A stretch of DNA of 64,000 nucleotides, taken from the NCBI GenBank assembly GCA_964534445.1, contig CAZHOE010000005.1:26969-90968 (forward strand), in the 5' to 3' direction. A model generated the notes under the pieces. The model was not told where the DNA came from. It saw only the letters and a program-made list of their open reading frames with translations, and ran no database searches. Of this stretch, positions 12,200 through 20,225 are shown in pieces. Position numbers and translations under genes: made by a program. Positions within the stretch are counted from its first letter, which is position 1. Each line of letters opens with the position of its first letter. The stretch comes from an uncultured Micavibrio sp. GTDB taxonomy: Bacteria > Pseudomonadota > Alphaproteobacteria > Micavibrionales > UBA2020.

Positions 12200-12769
12200 T
12201 TACTCGTTCAGATTAACTTGGTTCGCGTTTTTCTGTGCGATGCTTTCAATGTATGCACCGCGCCATTCATTCAGTTCAATCATTTTGCTACGGTTGACAT
12301 CCATTTCAAGGAAGCTTTTTTCCACAAAATCACGCGGGGAAATGCCCTCCCCACTGGCATCGAAACGGCTCAGTTTTGTTTCATCCAATACGCGCTCGTA
12401 ACTGCGCACAATGCGGTCGGCCTGACCATCGTTATCAAAGTCATAGCTGACGATGGTTTCCGTTTCCATGGGCACAACAGTCATCACATTGCGGTGCTCA
12501 AACTCGACGTTATCAATCACTTCGTTGCCATCAGCATCAAAGAGCTTGAACAACATTTCACCAATTTCGAATGTCGACAGGATTCCATCCCGATTTAAAT
12601 CAAAATCCATGAAATTGATCAATCGCGTACCGGTTTTTGGCATAACCTGCTCGGTTTTCGTGACCGTTGTGGAACGCACCACAAGATCTTCCGCCTGTAC
12701 GGGGGAAGCCTGCAACATGAATGCCGTCACGGCCGCACTGGCCAAAAAGAACTTGAAGTTGTGTTTCAT
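12200..12769 (-). CDS. Secreted multi-EF-hand Ca-binding protein
   Basis: Signal peptide (VQA|ED); loops DLNRDGILSTFE, DADGNEVIDNVE, DFDNDGQAD, DVNRSKMIELNE. Confidence 0.8.
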   Translation of the reverse strand: MKHNFKFFLASAAVTAFMLQASPVQAEDLVVRSTTVTKTEQVMPKTGTRLINFMDFDLNRDGILSTFEIGEMLFKLFDADGNEVIDNVEFEHRNVMTVVPMETETIVSYDFDNDGQADRIVRSYERVLDETKLSRFDASGEGISPRDFVEKSFLEMDVNRSKMIELNEWRGAYIESIAQKNANQVNLNE

Positions 12770-12808
12770 CGTAAATCTCCTTGATTTTCATTTGTCTTAC
12801 GCTTCGCT

Positions 12809-12833
12809 AACGCACAGCAGAGTAAAAAGTGCC
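12809..12833 (-). promoter_or_regulatory. EcfG-type promoter
   Basis: GGCAC-N16-CGTT on -. Confidence 0.55.
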
Positions 12834-12886
12834 ATGGCGCGCACCTTATCGGGGAATACCTTATAAATACTCGGTATTTTCATACA

Positions 12887-12912
12887 GGAACAAAAATACA
12901 GGCGAAGGCGTA
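12887..12912 (+). promoter_or_regulatory. EcfG-type promoter
   Basis: GGAAC-N17-CGTA on +. Confidence 0.5.
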
Positions 12913-12985
12913 AGTCAGATAACGGCGGCCGAGAGAAGGAGCCGCTCTTTTCAGGATATTTAGAAAAAGTTGAAGGAGAACTGCA

Positions 12986-13831
12986 ATGACAAAGCATACA
13001 CAATTTATGGCAGCCGCATCGCTGATCGCCCTTTTGGCTGCAGCGCCTGGAATGTCGCAGGCAGCTGAAACCGATGCCAAAGTAACAATAGATACATCTG
13101 CCGATGTAAAAAACAATAATCCTGATACGCCCGAAGTGGATACGGTGACCGAGCAGGATGTCAAAAAAGGATGGAAAAATACCAAAGATGCCGTAAAGGA
13201 AACATATGAAGATATGAAAGCGGCGCTCTTGGATGATGAATCCCGACTTGGCACGGAAATTACATACGATAAACGCGCCACGGCAGAATCTATCATCGGT
13301 CAGCCGGTGATGAACGAGAAAAAGCAGAAAATCGCAACAGTCGAGGATATTATCCTTGATGAAAACGGCATTGCCCGCCTGGTCGTTGTGAAAGACAGCG
13401 GTCTTCTGGGCTTTGGCAGCAAACTTGCGGCTTTCGAGTACAGCACCGTTGTGAAAAACGATGGCAAGGCCGAAATGGTCACACCGCTGACGGAAAAGGA
13501 TATCGATAGCGCGGCAACGTTTACTTATGACGCTGACGATGCGGATGAGAAAACACGCTTGATCCCGAACGGTGGCATCAGTGTCGCCCATCTGCTGGAC
13601 GGCAACCTGCATGATTCCGCCGGCAAGAAAGTCGCCGCGATTGAAGACGTGACATTCAAAGCCGGTAAAGCCGACATGATCCTGACAGATCCGGGCATGG
13701 GTTCCAGAACCGTTGCTTTAGGCTTTAAAACGGCTTCCTTTAGCAAAGAGAATGACACCGTCAACCTGAATCTGGATGCGCAATCCAGCACTCGCTTCGA
13801 GCAATTGAAACAGTCCAAATCCAACGAATAA
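12986..13831 (+). CDS. Secreted tandem PRC-barrel domain protein
   Basis: Signal peptide; IIGQPVMNEKKQKIATVEDIILD...GLLGFG, second repeat LLDGNLHDSAGKKVAAIEDV; AAGGAG RBS. Confidence 0.82.
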   Translation: MTKHTQFMAAASLIALLAAAPGMSQAAETDAKVTIDTSADVKNNNPDTPEVDTVTEQDVKKGWKNTKDAVKETYEDMKAALLDDESRLGTEITYDKRATAESIIGQPVMNEKKQKIATVEDIILDENGIARLVVVKDSGLLGFGSKLAAFEYSTVVKNDGKAEMVTPLTEKDIDSAATFTYDADDADEKTRLIPNGGISVAHLLDGNLHDSAGKKVAAIEDVTFKAGKADMILTDPGMGSRTVALGFKTASFSKENDTVNLNLDAQSSTRFEQLKQSKSNE

Positions 13832-13946
13832 GGATTTTCAGGACTGGTTTTAAAAACTGCCCCCTGTTCGCATATCGAACTTAAAAAAGGGACAGGTAAA
13901 AGAAAGGGAGACGTGCAGGAATACTCTGACACCTGTGCAGATCCCG

Positions 13947-13989
13947 GGAAGGCCCTCTTGAGTTTCGTCGTGGGGGCCTTCCTTTTTTT
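13947..13989 (+). terminator. Intrinsic terminator
   Basis: GGAAGGCCCTC...GGGGGCCTTCC followed by T7. Confidence 0.75.
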
Positions 13990-14014
13990 GTGGAAAATTT
14001 CGACGATTGTGAGC

Positions 14015-14779
14015 CTAGGCCTTTTCGCCTGCTCCGGTACTGACCTCACCGCAAAACATATAGCCGACGCCGCGTACGGTTTTGATCAGCTGCGGATCGC
14101 GCGGATCATCCCCCAGTTTTTTGCGGATGCGTGCGATCTGAATATCAATCGCACGGTCATAGGCTTCGAATTCACCCTGTCGGGTCAGTTCAAATAAATG
14201 CTCGCGGCTCAGTACACGGTTCGGGGCTAAGACCAAGGCTTCCAGCAGACGGAATTCACCGCTGGTCAGGTCAGCCGTCTTGCCGACGGCATCAAACAGC
14301 TGATACTGGCGGCGATCCAGCACCCAACCCTGAAACGTGATACGCGGGGCTTTTTGCATACCTACTTCCGCTTTGTCGTTTGCGGCCGGCGTCTCGACGT
14401 TATTCGTCCGGCGCAGCACCGCCTTGATTCGGGCAGAGAGTTCGCGCATCTCGAAAGGTTTGGTCAGGTAATCATCTGCGCCCATTTCAAGGCCGACAAT
14501 GCGGTCTGCCGTTTCGTCCTTGCCGCTGACGACGATCACCGCCGCCTGACTTTTGCTGCGAATCTGCGTGAGCAGGCTCAGCCCGTCGTTATCGGGCAGG
14601 ATAAGGTCGAGCAAGATGATGTCCGGCGCTGCCGTTTCCAATTTGTCCAGCATTTCCGCGCCATTGCCCGCCGTCAGGATTTGATAGCCCTCCTGCTCCA
14701 GATAATGGCGAATCACGACCTGCAGGTCGCGATCGTCATCTACGCTTAAAACGGTCCCTTTATTTAACGGCACTATCAC
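14015..14779 (-). CDS. OmpR-family response regulator
   Basis: VDDD, LDLILP, GADDYLTKPF, DRAIDIQIARIRKK, TVRGVGY. Confidence 0.95.
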   Translation of the reverse strand: MIVPLNKGTVLSVDDDRDLQVVIRHYLEQEGYQILTAGNGAEMLDKLETAAPDIILLDLILPDNDGLSLLTQIRSKSQAAVIVVSGKDETADRIVGLEMGADDYLTKPFEMRELSARIKAVLRRTNNVETPAANDKAEVGMQKAPRITFQGWVLDRRQYQLFDAVGKTADLTSGEFRLLEALVLAPNRVLSREHLFELTRQGEFEAYDRAIDIQIARIRKKLGDDPRDPQLIKTVRGVGYMFCGEVSTGAGEKA

Positions 14780-14834
14780 ACCTTACGGAAAATAAAATCC
14801 TGATTTTGCTCATATTTTTCCAGATATACGCGAA

Positions 14835-14856
14835 TTGTTACAAAACAGAAACAAAA
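14835..14856. promoter_or_regulatory. Tandem-repeat box (candidate OmpR-family site), copy 1
   Basis: TTGTTACAAAACAGAAACAAAA; 20/22 identical to 18481-18502; GTTACAA/GAAACAA half-sites 11 bp apart. Confidence 0.6.
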
Positions 14857-14947
14857 AATTTCCATTCAGTAACAGCCCTGCCAAATGCCCGCTACAGGCC
14901 AGCCCTAGACTAGAGATGTAAGCAACAAAAACAAAGGAGCTTTTCTC

Positions 14948-15499
14948 ATGTTCAAACAGGAAGCACTGGTACACGAAATGGGTAACTTGCGCAAGTTCGC
15001 ACTGCGCCTGACCCGTAATGTGACCGAGGCGGAAGACCTCGTGCAGTCCACCCTCCTGCGCGCTATCGAGAAAAAGGACTACTTTCAGGACGGTACAAAT
15101 CTGTTCAGCTGGACTTCTAAAATCATGTTCAACCTTTTTGTAACAGGATACCGCCGCAAAAAAAAGTTCGAAAGCCAGTACGATCCCGAGCCCCATATCA
15201 TGAACTCGTCGGTGGAGGCACCACAGGAGATGTCGACAGACCTGATCCTGGTGCGTCAGGCGATGAAAAAGCTCAGCAAGGAACACCGCGAGATGCTGGT
15301 TCTGGTATGCATCAAGGGTATGCGCTACGAGGAAGTGGCAGAACATCTGGAGATCCCGGTCGGTACCGTGCGCTCCCGCCTGTCACGCGCCCGTCGCCAA
15401 TTGCAGGATCTGCTGGAAGCTTCGGAGCACTCGTCCGAGACGACACCCCCGGCAGCTCTGCGGAGCACGAACCACGCAGCGCGTATTATGGCTGCTTAA
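14948..15499 (+). CDS. ECF sigma factor (EcfG/SigT-like or related group)
   Basis: LRKFALRLTRN..EAEDLVQSTLLRA..FQDGTNLFSW, YEEVAEHLEIPVGTVRSRLSRAR; AAGGAG RBS. Confidence 0.92.
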   Translation: MFKQEALVHEMGNLRKFALRLTRNVTEAEDLVQSTLLRAIEKKDYFQDGTNLFSWTSKIMFNLFVTGYRRKKKFESQYDPEPHIMNSSVEAPQEMSTDLILVRQAMKKLSKEHREMLVLVCIKGMRYEEVAEHLEIPVGTVRSRLSRARRQLQDLLEASEHSSETTPPAALRSTNHAARIMAA

Positions 15500-15625
15500 G
15501 CGATAACACAACTTTAGCCCTGCTGCGGCTGGCAGAGAACGATCAGAACGCTTCAATGTCGGCCACAGCAAACACCCGGATGTGAATTTCTGACGATTCA
15601 CATCGACACCACCCGCCCTGACGTC

Positions 15626-15666
15626 GCAAGGCCCGGCTCCCCCGCCGGGCCTTGCTATTTCTTTTT
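15626..15666 (+). terminator. Terminator between sigma and hybrid kinase
   Basis: 12-bp perfect stem GCAAGGCCCGGC/GCCGGGCCTTGC, T-rich tail. Confidence 0.8.
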
Positions 15667-15686
15667 GTTATGTCTGTTTATGCGGG

Positions 15687-18065
15687 TCAGGCAACGCGCT
15701 TTTTGCGGGACAGGTATTCAACGATTTTCGATTTCAAATCAATCTCGACAATCGGCTTGGGCAGATACGAATCCATCCCCGCCTCGATGCATTTTTCCTT
15801 GTCACCGACCAGTGCATGCGCGGTCATGCCGATAATGGGCGTGCGCGGCAAGCTCTTTTCCTTCTCCATATACCGGATCTGCGCGGTGGCGGTAAAACCG
15901 TCCATTTCGGGCATTTGCACATCCATCAGAATCAAGTCGTAATTATTGTTCTTCCACATGTTCAAGGCTTCAAGACCGGTGCGTGCGACGTCATAATGAC
16001 AAGCCAGTCCATCCAGTAAATAGCTCAGCAGCACGATGTTACCTTCATAATCCTCGACCAGCAGGATGCGCTTTTGGCTGATTTCCTGCCCGCGAATATC
16101 CTCGCTGAGGCGGCGGGATAAACGCAGATCACTTTCATCGTCTTCCAGCTCTTCTTCGGTGCGCAGCGGAATAACCAACGTAAAGATTGACCCCTTGCCG
16201 AGCACACTTTCCATGGTGATATTCCCGCCCATCAGACGTGCCAGGCGCAAGGAGATCGGCAAGCCCAGCCCCGTCCCACCGTATTTGCGGGAAACGGAGG
16301 AATCCGCCTGTTTAAAGCGCTCGAAAATCATTTCGAAGTTTTGAGGATCGATGCCGATTCCTGTATCCCGCACATCGATGCGCAGAAAGGCATGATTGTT
16401 TTGCAAGGTCCGCAGCGCCGTGACCTCCACTTCACCTTTATCCGTGAATTTGATCGCATTGCCGATCAGGTTGATCAATACCTGTCGCAGGCGTGCGCGG
16501 TCACCCAAGCATTTCTGCTTGCGCACGTCTTCATAATCAAAGCGAAAATCAATCCCTTTTTCCTGCGCCTTGACGGACACAATGCTGACGACCTGTTCAA
16601 ACAGGCCTTGCAAGCCAAAGGATTTTTCCTCTATCTCCAGCTCTCCGCTTTCGATTTTGGAAAAGTCGAGAATATCGCTGATCAGCTCTTTCAATGACTG
16701 CGTGCTGGAGTTTAGCGTTTTGACCAGATGGCGCTGTTTATCATCCAGATTAACCTGATGGCTTTCAAAAATTTCGGCAATCCCGCTGATGGCCGTCAAC
16801 GGCGTGCGGATCTCGTGGCTCATATGCGCCAGAAAATCCGTCTTCGCACGGTTGGCTTTTTCCGCAGTCTCTTTTGCTTTTTGCAGTTTTTCCTCATAAG
16901 CCTTGATATGGCTGATGTCCGTATGCGCGCCCACCAGACGATAGGGCTTGCCGGTTTCATCATAGAGCGCCTTACCGCGCGCGTTCACCCAAACCCAGCG
17001 GCTGCTTTTGTGTTTCATGCGGAAGATGATGAGGTAATCCGGAATTTCGCCCGACAGATAGCGATCTATATGTCCCTGTACGCGCTCTTTATCTTCAGGA
17101 TGAATCAGGTCTTTGAACGATTGCATGGTAGAAGGAAACTTGCCGGGCTCGTACCCCAGCATCCCCCAGAACTGGCGGGAGTAAAACGCCGTGTCTTTGG
17201 CCAGATTCCATTCGAAAATACCATCGCTGGAACCTTCAATCGCGAGGCGGAACATTTCCTGCACACCGCCGCCGCGGCTGCCGGACGCTTCTTCATCACC
17301 CGCAGGTTTGCGCCGCCCCACAAGGACCAGCCCGATCATGAATACAAAAGCAATTGCCGCACAACCCGCCAGCAAAGAAAGACTGAAGTAATAGCGCTGC
17401 TTTTGCAAAAGCTTTGTGCGTTCTTGCAGGGTTTCCTGTTCGGTCAGCATAATCTCGCCCGTTACCCGCGCAATGTTTTCGCGAATGGTATCGATGCTCG
17501 CAATCGTCGGCTTGGGTTTCGGCGGCAGGGGTAACACGGTGTGTAGTGGCGGCTCGTCTGTCTTTTCTGCGGTTTCTTCTTTCGGTTTTTCCGCAACCGG
17601 CTTTTTCGCCGGCGGGGTAACACCTTCCGCTACGGCAAAGGCGGCCATTTCTGCCGCACGTTCATCGCGGAATATCTGCGTTGCTTCATCAAGGCGCCCG
17701 GAAAGATTCAAGAAATAATGCTGCAATTCGTTCAGACGGCTGATCTGCGCCGTGCTGTATTGCATCATCGTGTTCAGCTCGGCAATGCTGTTTGAAATGT
17801 GCGCCTTGCTGTCATCATAGACGGTGATGTATTTCTCATCCCCGCTCAGCACAAAGCGCTGCTGCGCACCTGCAAGGCGTTCGAATTCCGTCGCCAGACT
17901 TTGGGTTTTAGCGATGACCTGATGGGTGTGCTCTACCCATTCCATGGCACGATCAATCGATTGTGCGCCCGTGAACACGAACAACCCAAGCGTGCCGAAG
18001 CCCAGCATCAGCACCATAGAAAAGACAATGTACAGTCTGTAAGGCCTCAAGCTGGCAAACGTCAT
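15687..18065 (-). CDS. Hybrid sensor kinase CHASE3-PAS-HisKA-HATPase-REC
   Basis: WVEHTHQVI/QQRFVLSGDEKY CHASE3, PAS (IHPED), MSHEIRTPL, GGTGLGL, LMDVQMPEMDG. Confidence 0.93.
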   Translation of the reverse strand: MTFASLRPYRLYIVFSMVLMLGFGTLGLFVFTGAQSIDRAMEWVEHTHQVIAKTQSLATEFERLAGAQQRFVLSGDEKYITVYDDSKAHISNSIAELNTMMQYSTAQISRLNELQHYFLNLSGRLDEATQIFRDERAAEMAAFAVAEGVTPPAKKPVAEKPKEETAEKTDEPPLHTVLPLPPKPKPTIASIDTIRENIARVTGEIMLTEQETLQERTKLLQKQRYYFSLSLLAGCAAIAFVFMIGLVLVGRRKPAGDEEASGSRGGGVQEMFRLAIEGSSDGIFEWNLAKDTAFYSRQFWGMLGYEPGKFPSTMQSFKDLIHPEDKERVQGHIDRYLSGEIPDYLIIFRMKHKSSRWVWVNARGKALYDETGKPYRLVGAHTDISHIKAYEEKLQKAKETAEKANRAKTDFLAHMSHEIRTPLTAISGIAEIFESHQVNLDDKQRHLVKTLNSSTQSLKELISDILDFSKIESGELEIEEKSFGLQGLFEQVVSIVSVKAQEKGIDFRFDYEDVRKQKCLGDRARLRQVLINLIGNAIKFTDKGEVEVTALRTLQNNHAFLRIDVRDTGIGIDPQNFEMIFERFKQADSSVSRKYGGTGLGLPISLRLARLMGGNITMESVLGKGSIFTLVIPLRTEEELEDDESDLRLSRRLSEDIRGQEISQKRILLVEDYEGNIVLLSYLLDGLACHYDVARTGLEALNMWKNNNYDLILMDVQMPEMDGFTATAQIRYMEKEKSLPRTPIIGMTAHALVGDKEKCIEAGMDSYLPKPIVEIDLKSKIVEYLSRKKRVA

Positions 18066-18195
18066 AAAAAAGCCTGTCCGGAAATCGCGTTTCGTCGCAG
18101 GCTGATTTAAGCATATCCCGCGCCGGATGGCACGTAAAAAATCCGGCGCGAGGATATCTTTTATACATTTATATCAGCTGCTTATATGACTTTTC

Positions 18196-18372
18196 TTATA
18201 CGGGTGGCGCTTTACCGCGCAAAACGTGGAAAACAGCAGCCACGATAAACAGCACCAGAAAAACCATGAATAAAATACGAGCAATATCAACCGATACGGC
18301 TGCAATACCGCCAAATCCCAGAAAACCGGCAATCAGCGCCAGTATCAGGAAAGCAAGGGCTAATCTCAGCAT
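18196..18372 (-). CDS. DUF1328 (UPF0391/YtjA) small membrane protein
   Basis: [24 protein letters not shown]...IARILF; AAGGAG RBS. Confidence 0.92.
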   Translation of the reverse strand: MLRLALAFLILALIAGFLGFGGIAAVSVDIARILFMVFLVLFIVAAVFHVLRGKAPPV

Positions 18373-18412
18373 GTTTCGTCTCCTTTGTTTGTTTTGTTTT
18401 CTTAAGAAAACC

Positions 18413-18438
18413 AACGAATGGAAAAAACATATGGTTCA
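18413..18438 (-). promoter_or_regulatory. EcfG-type promoter for DUF1328
   Basis: TGAAC-N17-CGTT on -. Confidence 0.6.
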
Positions 18439-18451
18439 GGCATTTCTTTAA

Positions 18452-18476
18452 GGAACTCCACTATGTGAACATCGTT
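18452..18476 (+). promoter_or_regulatory. EcfG-type promoter for anti-sigma-like ORF
   Basis: GGAAC-N16-CGTT, exact consensus. Confidence 0.75.
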
Positions 18477-18480
18477 GGAC

Positions 18481-18502
18481 TTGTTACAAAAGGGAAACAA
18501 AA
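18481..18502. promoter_or_regulatory. Tandem-repeat box, copy 2
   Basis: TTGTTACAAAAGGGAAACAAAA, overlapping the predicted TSS of the 18452 promoter. Confidence 0.6.
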
Positions 18503-18558
18503 TGACGCTCCAGAGGAATAAAAACACTTAAAATAACAAAAATGATAAAAATAATAAA

Positions 18559-18741
18559 ATGACATGTAGGATTACACACATGGATATCGAAGCACTGGTC
18601 GACAACGAACTCGACCCCCAAACAGCGGCGCGCGTCCGCTACGCCGTCGAACACGACGCGCAACTGCACCGTGCCTATAACAAGCTGGTGGCACAGAAAA
18701 AATTGTTGAACATGTGGTGGCACAGTCAGCAACACCATTGA
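18559..18741 (+). CDS. Small soluble protein resembling an anti-sigma N-terminal domain
   Basis: IEALVDNELDPQTAARVRYAVEHDAQLHRAY..L..QKKLL resembles the L-AYVDGEL----EVE--L N-terminus of RsiW/PrtR-like anti-sigmas; no TM; start uncertain. Confidence 0.6.
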   Translation: MTCRITHMDIEALVDNELDPQTAARVRYAVEHDAQLHRAYNKLVAQKKLLNMWWHSQQHH

Positions 18742-18836
18742 TTTTCATACAGTTATCCGCTTGTTAACCTTTATTCTTTAATATGAGGCTGTATTTTATA
18801 GCGCATATTTTCGATTTTCAGGGGCGATGGGCAGGC

Positions 18837-20081
18837 ATGGCGTCATTCAAAGAAGCACTTCAAGAGGCAGCGACCGCGCTTGCGGCTCAAACGCCTGAAA
18901 CCTTCAGCAAGTCCTTCACGCAAGCAGAACTTGTCAATAGCGGCATTGAGTCCGTATCGCGATTTGATCAGGACATTGCGCGGCTGAAAAAAGAAGCCGG
19001 CATTCTCATCGACGGGCCCGGCGGCACGGACGGCGGAAAAAAAATGGCTGATCTGTTTAACAGCTGGCGGGACGATCCTGTCAGCACCCCCGCGATCATC
19101 GCCTTTGCTGCCGAACATTTCGGTATATCGGCGGAGGATAAAAATCTGCGCGCCGCCCTGATGGCTGGTATCGCCGCGGAAGTACAGAATGACAATCCCT
19201 ATCACAGCAACCATCACTTCCGTGAAGTCACGGCAACAATGGTGCGCCTCTGCGCCACAAATAACGATCTGGCCACACAAAACAAAAACGTCGTATTCCT
19301 TGAAACAGACAATATTGCCAAATGCCTTCTCGCGGCGGCAGGGCACGACTTGATGCACGATGGTAAAACCAATTCCCTTTCCGGACCTGAAAGCCATGAA
19401 CAATACAGGCTGGAAAACAAGGCGATTGATGCCATCGAACCTTTCATGAAAATCGCCGGCATGAACGGACGCGACCGCGAAGATGTACGTGTCATGATCC
19501 GGATTACAGACATCAGCGCAAAACCCGGCACCGCCAGCCCGCATAAACACCTCAAGGAAACAGTGCAGTTTGCGCAAACGCAGTTCATCATGCCGCCGGA
19601 GCTGCTGCAACAACCGCCCGCGGAAACCATTTTGACAACGCCGCCGGACGTGGCTGCGGGCAAACTGCAATCCAGCTTTATTTCCCTGCCGCCCGATGCC
19701 GGCAAATCACCCGTGCCGGAACAATTTATCCTGCCCGCGGAGCTGTCCGATCTCGTACGCTCGCCCCAGTTGTTGACCATGGCCACGCTCATGAGCGATG
19801 CGGATCTCGGCCCATCAACCGCAACCAACTTTGATTATAGCCGCCGCATGACGACCTTACTCAGCAAAGAAAATCCTGCCTTGGCGGATTCAAACAAAAC
19901 GCTCGACGGTTTTTTGACCTATGTTGTGGGCGGCGAGTTAACGTCACAGGCAGGCCGCACCGCTTCAGGGGCTTCCTTGCAATCGATCATGCAAAAGGCC
20001 AAGCAGCCTGATCCGAATAGCGTTGAAAAAATTCAGCCGCAAGCGCCACAGAAAACAGCAAAAGCGCCGGTGGCGAAATAG
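18837..20081 (+). CDS. HD-superfamily protein with class I cyclic-nucleotide phosphodiesterase signature
   Basis: NPYHSNHH...HDLMHDGKTNSL...LENK...ITDI...DADL. Confidence 0.7.
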   Translation: MASFKEALQEAATALAAQTPETFSKSFTQAELVNSGIESVSRFDQDIARLKKEAGILIDGPGGTDGGKKMADLFNSWRDDPVSTPAIIAFAAEHFGISAEDKNLRAALMAGIAAEVQNDNPYHSNHHFREVTATMVRLCATNNDLATQNKNVVFLETDNIAKCLLAAAGHDLMHDGKTNSLSGPESHEQYRLENKAIDAIEPFMKIAGMNGRDREDVRVMIRITDISAKPGTASPHKHLKETVQFAQTQFIMPPELLQQPPAETILTTPPDVAAGKLQSSFISLPPDAGKSPVPEQFILPAELSDLVRSPQLLTMATLMSDADLGPSTATNFDYSRRMTTLLSKENPALADSNKTLDGFLTYVVGGELTSQAGRTASGASLQSIMQKAKQPDPNSVEKIQPQAPQKTAKAPVAK

Positions 20082-20225
20082 ATACATAACATCCCGAAAC
20101 ACTCTGTTGCGACGCAGCATTTATTGCAGCGCCGCAAGGGTTTTTTGCATTTTCGCCCCCTAGTGATTGCCCGACCGACATGCTAATCTTTTTGTCAATC
20201 GTTTCAACAATGGCAAGTGATACGC

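Noticed and set aside
14948-18741. PhyR or NepR
   Set aside because: No sigma-like plus receiver fusion, and the small ORF lacks the NepR YD..EPVP motif; absence is established only for this window
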